A DNA stretch of 36,782 nt from Nemertoderma westbladi (GCA_032718475.1 JAUCBJ010004702.1:1-36782), one strand, 5' to 3'; counted from the first letter of the stretch, positions 12,126 through 24,405 are shown. Notes: generated from the sequence alone by a model not told the origin. A program made the numbers and translations.

Positions 12126-12500
12126 GTTTATAATGGTGATTGATATAATATTGCTTTACTATGTTGTTCAAATTTGAACGTTTCATATTTTTAATTGGAA
12201 AAGTTACTTTCAGTTTATGGACTGATATATTAGTAGCATTAATTTGAATGCTATTTCCTGTTTTTGATATCGGTGTTTAGATTGCTTTCCTGGCCAGTTA
12301 GTAAATAGATCGATTGTCAAGTTTCGGTGGTGTTCAGACTTTTATAGAAAGGTGAGACACAGTTTGTTGTTTTTTGTTGAAGCCTAATCAGGCGTGACTT
12401 GAGAATATATAGTGTTTCTGAATCATTTTATTAAATAGATTTAAAACTGTAATTTTTTACATCATCGAGGATGATGACCATTTTCTTGGTGGGGTGACTG

Positions 12501-12907
12501 TGTAATATGATAATGGGACCCCCCTATTTTTATTTATCTTATTTCATACTGTATGATTTTTGCGGAATAGGATCTAAGTTGTGATTCACATATTGTCTGA
12601 TAGTGTTGATTTTATACCACTATATATATTCATAAATAAGTTCTAAAGTGTACGGCTGTCTGCTGTCTGTCAGTATTGTATTTTATATTTTAGTATTTTG
12701 TTGCTGTTGCAATGGCCTACCAATACCTATCTGCTGAATATAATAATATTTTTGACTGATATCTTTGGAACTAGCACTGTATCTACTGCACGGCTTCTGC
12801 TAGAAGGATATGTTGCAGTATTGCCATGTCACGCTAATGATGGAGAACTAGTTGCACGAGTACGATACGTCAAAATTATTCCCAATGCAAGCTCTACAAT
12901 TGTGACA
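12501..12907 (+). repeat. Putative 3' LTR of the Gypsy element (right boundary uncertain)
   Basis: Preceded by TCGAGGATGATGAC...TTTTCTTGGTGGGGTGACTG, a typical pre-LTR/PPT context, and starts TGTAA. Candidate ends are ...TGTGACA (12907) or ...CATTACA (13214). Confidence 0.5.
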
Positions 12908-13219
12908 TCAGGGCCACACACCATTATCACTAATATATTTTCTGCATGGCCAAAGTACTTAATAAATTTGTGGGTAGAAATATTAACCAATGTATGATGT
13001 GTTATTTCCAATGTGATTTAACACTGAACCAATATGGTGCCTTAACGTTTATAACATAACTTGCAAGTAAAATTATATTATCACTTGGATTCAATGTACT
13101 TGTATACAGTTTCAAAATATGGCAAGCAGTTGTAAGCCAATGTGAATGAGATAGAGGACCTAGCTGACAGTGTTGACGAGTGAGAGGAATATTTCCTGAT
13201 TATACTGCATTACAGTTTT

Positions 13220-15480
13220 AATATAAGGACTTGTGGTTACTACATAAATCGTCTAACATCTCTTTTGAAACATAAGGTAATTGATACGAATCAAGGGGTA
13301 GGTATAATATATCAAGGACTTGGTATAACTTCAGAGACTCGAGCAATGGGCCATAGACCTCGAGGTGAATCCTCATCCATGACAAGAACTGTGTCGTCTT
13401 TGCAAAGATTACTCTTGTATATTATGGTTCTGAATTACGTATAAAGGACCAAAAATCCATTCCGATATTTCAAAAGGGATAACTTGTTGGTATCAAACGA
13501 GACGCTGGTAAAGCGGCCATCATGGGCAGTACAGGAGGTGTATTGTCTACGTCCTCATTTATGATGAGGGGATCGAGATACAACAATGGATGGGCCATCA
13601 TAAGATACTGTACCAATGTGATGGCTACTATCATCATTATCTTCTATGCAATTTTGAGAACAAAATGTTCTCAGTGTGTCATGAATTAAATGATGGTGTC
13701 TTACGATTACAGCCTTCAATGTTGTATGAATTAACTAATGTACAATCTTTAGCCTGGTGTTTACCTGATAAACATGCAAAACATAGATAGCTAGCTATCT
13801 TGCACGATATTCACATGATCTAATGGTGATATTTAATGAATGCAGAGCAGTTTGGTAATAGATGTCAACCTGAACAATGTGGGCAAATTGTGGATGATTG
13901 TTGCACTACCAATGGTTTATCTACAGCTGCATTACTTTTGTTAGACAAACATGTTCATAATCATCTGGATGCTAGTCATTGGTTGATGCATCTACTTCTT
14001 GTGTAGCATTAATAGTTGGTGTGAGAGTGTTCAGTGGTTTCCTCTTGAAATAATATTTTGATGATTTCCAATTACAGTATTTGAATTGGCTTTAGGTTTG
14101 AACTTTCGTAAAGTAGATTTAACAATCCTCATGGATCTTTTTCAAAACCTAAGTATCTAGGTCGCTTAGACTAGGTGTCCTAGGTCGTAAACCACCTGCA
14201 ACATTGCTTCATTGATCTTGATACTTATAGGTAATTTATCTACGAGATCTTGTACATTACTCGCCGTGGTAATGTCATAATGTTTGCTACAAGAATTTAA
14301 GCCATATACAGATCCATGTAGTTTCAATGAAAAAGAAGTCAAAGACGCATAGAAATTAACTTTTACTTCAGTGATTTGTTTGAGTCGAGATATCGAGTTC
14401 TAAACGTTGATATGAATGTAGGCCAACGAATAGGAGATCCATCGTATGGCTCCATTTATATTTTCGGTAAGGTATGTAGCGAGTGAATAATAGAAGGGTC
14501 TACATCTACATTAATATAGAAATTCCCTCACCTTTAGTCTTGTTAATCCATCCTACATGAAAGGGTGTAGAGTCACTGGCTGTCAAGTAACATGAAATGA
14601 ATCTCCACTGTCCTTCGTAAATGGGTTGAAGGATTGATTAACTGGACCCAAGTTATAGTGACTGTGGTGGATAGATGTTGGCGTTGAGGGATGCATCAAT
14701 GTAAAATACCCTTGACTTTGCCAAACCCTTATTAGGAATCCACCATTTAGATTGCATAGGCGTGGTTGGTTGAGGTGGTGGAATCAACAATGGAGCGTAA
14801 TAACAAACCTGATCTACAGCAGTACTCTACTATACATGATGTGTAGTACCCCCTACTATACATCAGGTTTGTCATTCCACTCCATTTTAGATTCCACCAC
14901 TTCAACCAACCACACCTATGCAATCTAAATGGTGGATTAGACGAGGATAGAAAGCTTGTGCTCTAGTGGCCCATGACGTGTCATCAGCACCAGATACAGA
15001 GTCACCAATGTGACACAATGCGTGATCCTTCGTAGATGGTAGTACTGGTACAGAAGATAGGACACTAACTAGTAAGTATGTTTATTGGGATAGAGGCGCT
15101 TCCACATTCATGTTATTTTCCATTATTTGTATTTCATCATTTGTTATTTCTGTAGCCAGACTTGCCTGTTCCACCTTCCTAATAAGATGGTGGCACTCTA
15201 ACTCTTCTCTCAAATACCTTTTCTCCAAATTCGGATTCTTCAATCAAAATGGCGAAGATCTAATTCCACTTCTTCTACGCATCTCTATTTTTCAACCAAG
15301 CGTTCTTGTGACGTTTTTGTCATCAATGAATGGTGACTGGTTAATGACATGGAAAGCAGCTTGCTCATCCGTGGGAGCGGATGTGTCTCAGCATCTATAA
15401 TGAAAGTTGATATGGATTCTTCTACAACGTTTATGAATAGATCATGTGCTTCTAGGCATTCTCCCTGGCCTTCTTCCAGT
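13220..15480 (-). mobile_element. Degenerate, internally deleted BEL/Pao LTR retrotransposon
   Basis: On the minus strand: gag LPKIKMEPYDGSPIRWPTFISTF (~14480-14400, DUF1759-type); NVQDLVDKLP; knuckles CPHCSG*HLLPNC and LCFACLSGKHQAKDC (~13890-13740); integrase lead-in PMMAALPASRLIPTSYPF*NIGMDF/FGPLYV (~13530-13435); C-terminal NLCKDDTVLVMDEDSPRGLWPIARVSEVIP (DUF5641-type, ~13410-13320). Confidence 0.85.
14737..14938. repeat. Local inverted duplication, 77-bp arms
   Basis: 14737-14813 is the near-perfect reverse complement of 14862-14938. The 48-bp spacer contains CTACTATACAT twice. Confidence 0.92.
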
Positions 15481-15500
15481 CACTTTATTAATAATCGCAG

Positions 15501-15643
15501 TATTATTATTATATATATTATTATATATTATATATATTATTATATATTATATATATTATTATATATTATATATATTATTATATATTATATATATTATTAT
15601 ATATTATATATATAATTATATATTATATTTATTATTATATATT
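15501..15643. repeat. Pure-AT microsatellite / low-complexity tract
   Basis: About 140 bp of only A and T, (TATATATTA)n-like. Confidence 0.97.
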
Positions 15644-16220
15644 AGGAACAAGATGGGTACAGTACAACCTGACTGGCGAAATATATATATAGAAACAAAT
15701 GAGAAACTAGTCTCCTATCAAAAATGAAACCTACCTACAAATAAACACTTTAATAACTGCACGAATAACTATCCTATATATTAGAAATTACAGGACTTTT
15801 TGTCCGCCGAAAGGGGTAAGTCTACATACTAAATTTGATAAAAATAAAGGGCTTCAGGATTTAAACACTGTACCCTGGGAAACACAGCTCCATCATCAGC
15901 AGTGTTCTGGAGTCCCTAACCCTATCTTAATACAGAACTGTACCAATTGACCAAGAAATAGGAAATGTAACCAAATACTGAAATACAGAAAAATTACATC
16001 CATGTAACTCGAAAATCAAAATAAAATAAATTTTTTAATTGCTCTAAGACTTTCTAGGTATTTAAATAAACTATTTGACTGAACTTTAGTGTTGAAAATG
16101 TTCACACAGCCATTCACATGTTTTCGTACAGATTCGTTAACTTTAGGTTGATTTTTCTCAAAACTCGATTTTTTGAGTTACACGATTTTGCCTTCGGAGG
16201 GTAGCATTCTACTAGAATAA

Positions 16221-16570
16221 GTAGTAAATTGCCTATCTACTACTTATGTTCACAAGTTTAGGATCTAAGTTCACTAGGATCTAAGTTCACCGAAGTCAGA
16301 CCTGCAGGATCTACTTTTGATTATTTGGGATCTAAGTTCACAAGTTTAGGATCTACGTTTGCTAGGGTCTAAGTTCACTGAAGTCAGACATGCAGGATCT
16401 AAATTCACTAGGATCTAATTTCCCCTATTTAGTATCGTATATTTGGAATAGGATTGTTATATATGCCAGTAATAACCCTAGGTTGGTATAACTTTGTATT
16501 AAGTTGGTATAGCTGAGCATAGGTCGGTATAGATTGGTATAGGTTGGTATAGCTCAGTATTAGCGTGGTA
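16221..16570 (+). mobile_element. Probable Helentron/HINE-like non-autonomous fragment with internal tandem repeats
   Basis: Starts ACTAGA-ATAAGTAGTA...TACTACTTAT (short inverted repeat), then ~16-bp TAGGATCTAAGTTCAC units in two ~85-bp blocks (16248-16420) and 10-bp AGGTTGGTAT units (16480-16560). Confidence 0.45.
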
Positions 16571-16801
16571 GTGGTACCCCTGTATGGCTCACTATGCACC
16601 ATCTCCAGCTTATTGCAATAGTCCTTTAGAATAATTGACTCTCTTATTGCGTTCTCCTAGGCTGTGATAATGTGGACACTGGACAAGACATGGCACTAAT
16701 AGGCCATAAAATTCATAAATTCTCATTCATTTTCAAATTCATTTTCTATTTTTTTTTTAAGAAAACTCTGGTTTATGGGGCACTAGTGTGTTATAGGTAC
16801 A

Positions 16802-17172
16802 CCCCCCCCCCCCCCCCCCTCATTTTTTTTTCTAGCTTGTTTTTTGCTATTTATTTTTATGAACATGTTCTAGAACATGTTAGCTATTAAAAAAAATATA
16901 TAAATATGTTCTAGAAAAAATAGTTTTTGTTCTAGAACAATTTAAAAAAAAATCAAAAAAATTAATGTACTATTTTTATTTTTTAATAATGTTCTAGAAC
17001 ATGTTAGCTATTCAGAACTAGAAAAAAAAGTTCTAGAACAAATAGTTTTTGTTCTAGAACAGTTCAAAAAATATAAAATTGTTTTTTAATTTTATTTAGA
17101 ATTTGTTTCATATAATTTTTAATTGCTGCTGGCAAGATGGGTTTTTTTTTGGGGGGGGGGGGGGGGGGGGGG
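16802..17172. repeat. MITE-like segment bounded by poly-C and poly-G, with repeated TGTTCTAGAACA palindromes
   Basis: C18 at 16802-16819, G22 at 17151-17172, and about six GTTCTAGAA(C) units in two duplicated blocks. Confidence 0.55.
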
Positions 17173-17199
17173 TTAGCTAGTATTTTTTTAATACCTAAT

Positions 17200-20100
17200 T
17201 ACTACTACTACTACTAGGATCGGCATGCTGCATTGCAGCCGCATTTTTAAGAATGCTGTGCCGGCTTATCGACAAAATTGCACCGCCACAACTCCCTATC
17301 ACCCATGACATTTGGTAGATGATCCGCGTTTTCAAGGCCAGTGTTCTTTAAGATGCGTCTCAAGAAACTCATGGGCTGTCCACCATGCTTATTCACTCCA
17401 TGAGGCTGCCAAAGTACAAGATTATGAACTGGCTGGTCCTCACGGCGAAAGCAATGTCCTGCAAAGCGGAGGCGATTTTGTTCTAGTGTCAAGCTTGGGG
17501 GAACCAATGAGACACCTCCAATGTTATATAGTGTCTGGTTGGAGATGTGTGCATTATACTTGACACAATGAACCCGGCGTAGCATTCTTGTGAATGTGCC
17601 ATCCAGAGATTTGGTGTCCTCAGCAGTTAGAGCCCAGCATGGACTCCCATAGAGGAATACTGGAACTACTGCTGCTCTAAATAATCGGACCTTAAGTTTC
17701 CGATTAATTCTCGGTGACTTCCAAATCCTGGAAAGCCTATTCAAGGCTGCCCATACCTTTGCCTTACGTATTCGAAGGTCCTCACCTGACTTCCGGATCC
17801 ATGATCCCAGGTATCAGAAGTCATCCACATGCTCAAGTATACCATCTTTTGAGATTATGCTCATCCGATCAGAGACTTGCTGAGGACTTTTCAAAGTTAA
17901 CTGTCAAAATTTTGGTCTTTCTGGAGTTAATAAAAAGACCAACGCTAGAAGCAGCATGTTCTAATGAGCTGATGAGTCGTTGAGTTCCCTCTAGTGATTC
18001 TGAGAGTACTCCTAAGTCATCAGCAAAGTCTAGATCAGTTAGGTACTTGGCAGGATTTCCTCGACTTCTGGAGCCAGTAGGTGGAGTTATCATCACCCCA
18101 TCATCATTATGATGATCTAAGGACATGCGTAGAACATAGTCAACAACAATTATGAACAAGAATGGTGCAAGTGTGTCTCCCTGGAGGACGCCCCATAACA
18201 CTTCAAATGGTTCTGTGTCACCGTCAACAGTAGACACAAATGTTGTCGAACCATCGTATACTGATCTGATTGCTGCCTGAACATACGTGAGCGAGGGACT
18301 GAATCAAAGGCCTTGAAGAAGTCAACAAAGATAACAGCCAGATGCCTGTCTTTCTTTTTTGATAACTCTTCAATTATCCTTATAAGTGCCAAAATGGGCT
18401 CCATGGTCCCACGACCTTTACGGAACCCATTCTGATTTCCACGGAGCAGTCTCTCAATGGGATCCCTGTTGCGATTTAATAGAATTCTATTGTATAGCTT
18501 TGCAGCAATCGAGATCAATGAGTTTCCACGAAAAGAACCATAGAGTGTTAGGTTGCCCTTCTTGGGAACTGGCACCAACTTATTTGTTTTCATTTCTTGT
18601 TGTTCGGTACATGTCTACTATGATGGGATAGATGAGCTTTAAACACTCAGGTATTTTAAAGACCTCAGGGGAACACCATCTACTCCACTAGCACGATTGG
18701 TCTTAATGCTCTTTGCAGCAGCCTTCACTTCTGCAAAGGAGATATCACCAATGGGAATATCTGGGAGTACAGACTCAGACACTTTTACTTCTATAAAGTT
18801 ATCAGGCAATACCCTGTCATTATTGAGGAGCTTTTCAAAGTGGGCCTTCCAACCATTGAGGCAATCGGCTGGTGATTCAGCCTTAACCTTGGTGGTTGGT
18901 TGGCTTTTTCGACCAGCAAGCAAGTTGATCGATCTCCATGCCTGGGATGATTGCCTGCTGTCGTCAGCATCATTGATGGCATCAACCTGTTGGTTTATTA
19001 GCTCCTGTAAATTAACAGAGTACTGCCAGTTCATGGACCTAGATGCAGCCTTAACTGCATTCTTGGCCGCTGTAGTCTGTTTGAGTCGGGACACTTTCTG
19101 CGCCTTGTAGAGGTCATTTCGGCACTTCTGAAATTTGTTGTCAGTCCAGGGGGCCCGTTTCCTGTTTCGATGGTATACAGGAACTGTTTCTACAGCTGCT
19201 AACTTAACTGCCTCTGTGAAGGCAGTATAGCCCTCACAGTGATCTGCCGCCTCAGAGGCAAGAACCTCATACCTGTTGCTCAGCTGTAGTGTGAAGCTGG
19301 ATCTCATACTTGGCTGATGCAACAGAGAGGACCAGTCATGCCGTGGCAAGGCAGATTTCATTGTTCTGCTAGCACGCAGACTAAGTCTTACCTTGGCCAC
19401 AATAAGGCGGTGATCACTGGAGAAGGGTCGTAGTGTAAACGCATTACAGTCTTGTATAGAGCTCCTTTATTTCCTACGAAACAGGATATGGTCTATCTGG
19501 GACTTGTGACCACTGGGTTCACTATGAGTCCATAGCTTTCCAGTTCGCTTCTTGAACTGGGTTCCAGCCGAAAACAATCCATTTCCAGAGATAAAATCCT
19601 GAAGATGGATGGAATTTCGGTTAACACTATTGCTATAGACCCAGGGCGATGTATGTGATTGATTCAGACTTGCATTAAAGTCTCCCAGGAATGTTAAGAA
19701 TGCATGCTGATCCACTCCATCAGTAGCTGCTTGTAGATTCTGGTAGAAATTTTCCACCTACTCTACAGGGGCAACACAAGTTGAAGAGTAGCACACAATC
19801 AGAAACACCTTAGGAAACTTCTTAACCAGTCTTCCAGAACATGAGAAGTGGTAACGGATGATGCTGTTTGAGATTTGGTCTATTTTGTCCAATGCTGCAT
19901 GTGCAGTTGGATTCATCAATAGACCAATTCCACCATTGCCACTATCATCGGCAGAAAGGGAGGGCGAGTCGCCAACCGCCCCCCATGTCCTTAATCAGAA
20001 CCTCATCAGTCTGTCCAGTCTGCATTCGGTGCTCTTGAACACCCACTGCCCTAAGAAAAAGCTTATTAAGCCAAGGCAGCAGCTCACCTTGTCGCATTGG

Positions 20101-20670
20101 GGACCCGAGTGTTATGGTGTTTACTAAGGGCTAGTCTAGTGACTTGCCTCAGATTCACCAATGGCTTTGTTGGTCGGGGTGGAACATGAGAGTAGCCTCC
20201 AACTCCAGAATCCCTCTCCCCCTCACAATCTGGCCTCCCTGGTGACCCAGGGTTTGGGCCAGATAGGTCATCAGGAAAGGGACTCAAAGAATTGTTTGCC
20301 GCTCTCTCTCTCCAGTAGGGGGTGAGACAGGCAGCCGGTCAGGAGATAACTGACGCCTGTGAGGCCGATTGTGTCCAGTCATTCCACTGGCCTCTAGTGG
20401 CTGGACCTCCGCATTACTAATGTAATCCATAGTGGGGGTTGGGGGGTGATTTTTTGCCGAGTCAGCTCTCGGGGCAAATACCACACCCTAGTTTTCCATT
20501 CCACAGGGTGGGTGTCGCAGTTGAGTCAGATATGAGGCCCATCACCCATATCTACTCTGGCGCAAATGACCCACCATTGGCTGTGCAGCTCATCTGCTGG
20601 GTCATGCCCTGTACCCCTGCTGCCAGGTGCAGGTCGCAGTCAGTAGCCAGTAGTCTAAGTAGTCAGTAGC
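17200..20670 (-). mobile_element. Near full-length RTE-clade LINE, inactivated
   Basis: One broken ORF with APE endonuclease (GGIGLL, VCYS, LGDFNA, SQIDHIL, SDHRLI) and RT (PVPKKGNL, QNGFRKGR, FVDFFKAFDSV, GVLQGDTLAPFLF, DLDFADDL, RLRFAGHCFRR). ~30-nt 3' UTR with a hairpin and a (TAG)5 tail at 17201-17216; GC-rich 5' UTR. Confidence 0.93.
17247..20430 (-). pseudogene. RTE endonuclease-reverse transcriptase ORF (frameshifts, stops, small deletions)
   Basis: ORF-track fragments 20284-20484, 19467-19757, 18639-19400, 18150-18593, 17869-18237 and 17247-17744 tile one APE-RT protein. Likely start ATG at 20430. Confidence 0.9.
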
Positions 20671-21159
20671 TTTTTTTTCTTACAGTAATCAAGTTTTTCG
20701 ACTTGCTAAATAAACTATCTGACTTCTTAACGAACATCAATATACATTATGTTAGTTTAATTTGTGCAATAATATTTGTGTCTGAAATGGAATATTTTAA
20801 ATTCAATCGTAAGTTTAATGAAAAAATAAGGAATTGTATTAAAAGTTATCAATTTATAAATGATTATGGCTTTATATACTGCATACACAACTCTAGCAAT
20901 GCAGACAATACATAATGTTTTAAAAATATAAAAAATACCAGAAAAAATGGATCAAGTAAAATAGGCTTTTTAGTTTTCATTTGTATCGTTCTTATGTATT
21001 AGACACAGTTTTAATGAGAAATGTCTCTCTAATAAGCCAAAATAGCAGTTTATCATTCCTGTAGTTACAAGGGAGGTCCCCAGCCTGCAATGGATTGAAA
21101 AATGGTTTTGTTGTGTGTGGCTTTATCATGGCCTTCACTGCATCAAGTTCATGTCCCGT

Positions 21160-21386
21160 TCATAAACCCAGGTTCAATGTCGGCAAGAAAAAACCTTCTA
21201 ATCCCGAGTCACTTTCTTCTTTCACGGTGCTTGGTGCGATTAGTCTGTCTGCCTGGCGAGATACTTTCTCCTTCACTGGACTGGTGGGCTTGAGTTCATG
21301 ATGTAGAGTCTCACGCAATGGTCGGAACGCGCGACTGGCCATCGTATAGTATGTCACTGCAATTCCTGCTGAACCGGCATTTTCTG
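21160..21386 (-). CDS. Candidate terminal coding exon of an unknown host gene
   Basis: Strong acceptor TTTTTTTCTGTCATTATTACCCCAG, then an open, GC-richer frame (ENAGSAGIAVTYYTMASRAFRPLRETLHHELKPTSPVKEK...FFLPTLNLGL*). No domain recognised. Confidence 0.4.
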
Positions 21387-22120
21387 CTGGGGTAATAATG
21401 ACAGAAAAAAAGTATAAATAACTGGTCCTCGATAATTGGTCCTGCAGGCTGCAGCGTCGGAGACATATGACTTTGGGTTCACTAGCAATACTTTGGCCTA
21501 TAGGGGCAGTTGGTCATACCCTATAGGGTATTTTGTAGCATACTATTAGTCTTTGGGGTGCGGTTGGATGTATCACTATTTGTAGTATTGCTATTAATAA
21601 TATTATAACAATTTAAAAAGTCAGCATAAATAGTAAATCCATAAGCGTTTAGGCAATTCAATTAGTACAGCATTATAGTCTATTACAAATTTATTAACAG
21701 CATCAATGCCAATGCCAACCATACAAATACCTGGTCTAGCGTTGTACCATGAGCACCACTAACAAAAGTATACGAAGCTAGGCGGCATCTTGTTCAATTA
21801 ACATCAGATAGTTTAGTGTAAATATTTCTACCAATAATACCGGCTTTAAAATCACCAGCAGTGCAGCAAGGCCCCTCTCAATTCACTTATACCTTTAAGT
21901 TTCTACATAGTCTTCATCATCTTCAGCAAGTCTTGATTATCGATCATAATATTATGATAGATATTATAAATTTATATATTTAGCCTCAATAAATATTTTC
22001 TATCAGTTATAAATGGCCACATAATGCGAATCATTTCCAGAAGTTAATGTTTGCAGAAGCGGTGCAATTTTCTTACTCTACAGAAACATTTAAACATTAT
22101 TTTCACTAGCATCAAATTAC

Positions 22121-22141
22121 CTGGTGGTCTTGTATTCGTTT
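22121..22141 (-). CDS. Candidate 21-nt microexon
   Basis: TTATTTATAG|AAACGAATACAAGACCACCAG|GTAATT: consensus acceptor and donor, length divisible by 3, no stop in any frame. Confidence 0.3.
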
Positions 22142-22199
22142 CTATAAATAATTGGTAGATTCCTATTCGCGTTGTCGAATTAAACATTTTGGAAATAAA

Positions 22200-24128
22200 C
22201 ATTTATTATTACAATTAGTTATTACTGCAGTAGCAAATATGTATTACTGCAGTAACAATTATTTATTACTGCAGAAACAATTATTTATTACTGCAGTAAC
22301 AATTATTTATTACTGCAGTAACAATTATTTATTACTGCAGAAACAATTATTTATTACTGCAGTAACAATTAATTATTACTGCAGTAACAATTATTTATTA
22401 CTGCAGAAACAATTATTTATTACTGCAGAAACAATTATTTATTACTGCAGAAACAATTATTTATTACTGCAGAAACAATTATTTATTACTGCAGTAACAA
22501 TTATTTATTACTCTAGTAGCAATTATTTATTACTGCAGTAACAATTATTTATTACTGCAGTAACAATTATTTATTACTGCAGTAACAATTATTTATTACT
22601 GCAGTAACAATTATTTATTACTGCAGTAACAATTATTTATTACTGCAGTAACAATTATTTATTACTGCAGTAACAATTATTTATTACTGCAGTAACAATT
22701 ATTTATTACTGCAGTAACAATTATTTATTACTGCAGTAGCAATTATTTATTACTCCAGTAGCAATTATTTATTACTCCAGTAGCAATTATTTATTACTGC
22801 AGAAACAATTATTTATTACTCCAGTAGCAATTATTTATTACTGCAGTAACAATTATTTATTACTGCAGTAACAATTATTTATTACTGCAGTAACAATTAT
22901 TTATTACTGCAGTAACAATTATTTATTACTGCAGTAACAATTATTTATTACTGCAGTAACAATTATTTATTACTGCAGAAACAATTATTTATTACTGCAG
23001 TAACAATTATTTATTACTGCAGAAACAATTATTTATTACTGCAGTAACAATTATTTATTACTGCAGTAACAATTATTTATTACTGCAGTAACAATTAATT
23101 ATTACTGCAGTAACAATTATTTATTATTGCAGTAACAATTATTTATTACTGCAGTAGCAATTATTTATTACTGCAGAAACAATTATTTATTACTGCAGTA
23201 GCAATTATTTATTACTGCAGTAGCAATTATTTATTACTGCAGTAGCAATTATTTATTACTGCAGAAACAATTATTTATTACTGCAGTAACAATTATTTAT
23301 TACTGCAGTAGCAATTATTTATTACTGCAGTAGCAATTATTTATTACTGCAGTAGCAATTATTTATTACTGCAGAAACAATTATTTATTACTGCAGTAAC
23401 AATTAATTATTACTGCTGTAACAATTATTTATTACTGCAGTAACAATTATTTATTACTGCAGTAACAATTATTTATTACTGCAGTAACAATTATTTATTA
23501 CTGCAGTAACAATTATTTATTACTGCAGTAACAATTATTTATTACTGCAGTAACAATTATTTATTACTGCAGTAACAATTAATTATTACTGCTGTAACAA
23601 TTATTTATTACTGCAGTAACAATTATTTATTACTGCAGTAACAATTATTTATTACTGCAGTAACAATTATTTATTACTGCAGTAACAATTATTTATTACT
23701 GCAGTAACAATTATTTATTACTGCAGTAACAATTAATTATTACTGCAGCAACAATTATTTATTACTGCAAAAACAATTATTTATTACTGCAGTAGCAATT
23801 ATTTATTACTGCAGTAACAATTATTTATTACTGCAGTAACAATTATTTATTACTGCAGTAACAATTATTTATTACTGCAGTAACAATTAATTATTACTGC
23901 AGTAACAATTATTTATTACTGCAAAAACAATTATTCATTACTGCAGTAGCAATTATTTATTACTGCAGTAGCAATTATTTATTACTGCAGTAACAATTAT
24001 TTATTACTGCAGTAAAAATTATTTATTACTGCAGTAACAATTATTTATTACTGCAGTAACAATTAATTATTACTGCAGTAACAATTATTTATTACTGCAG
24101 TAACAATTATTTATTACTGCAGTAACAA
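22200..24128. repeat. 22-bp AT-rich minisatellite, ~87 copies
   Basis: Unit AATTATTTATTACTGCAGTAAC with palindromic core TTACTGCAGTAA; variants GCAGAAAC, GCAGTAGC, AATTAATT. Confidence 0.98.
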
Positions 24129-24405
24129 ATATGGAGGCATTTTTATTGTTTCAGAGAGGTTTTTATTCATTTATATTGTGACCCTTCAGAGCCGCCATAT
24201 AAGATATGTAGCTAACAGGGTACTTGGGCCTATACGACTTAAAACATATTATTATTATAGTCATGTAATGTTTCAGAATGAATATATTTGTGAAAAGTTA
24301 AATAATTGCAGTGCTTTTTAATATATAGGACTTTTAAATGAATTTATGAAAATAAACTATTCGAATGGCTGCAAATTAATTTACACTAAATATTATCGTC
24401 TCGAA

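Larger units (their letters stand above)
7100..12910 (+). mobile_element. Degenerate Ty3/Gypsy LTR retrotransposon, 5'-truncated
   Basis: Domain order gag Zn-knuckle, protease, RT, RNase H, integrase, then a PPT-like tract and TGTAA LTR start. Many stops and frameshifts; two nested insertions. Confidence 0.93.

Noticed and set aside
11843-12143. DRIVR / PDNSV repeat ORFs
   Set aside because: Translations of the MITE's 15-bp tandem repeats.
15349-15727. Hydrophobic I/Y-rich membrane-like ORFs (similar cases at 22152-22541 and 25154-25501)
   Set aside because: Translations of AT microsatellite or minisatellite DNA.
20225-20280. CTGATGA followed by a hairpin on the minus strand of the RTE
   Set aside because: No GAAA box follows the helix, and it lies within the RTE coding region.
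17170-20700. Target-site duplication for the RTE LINE
   Set aside because: The flanks share only T-runs; no convincing direct repeat.
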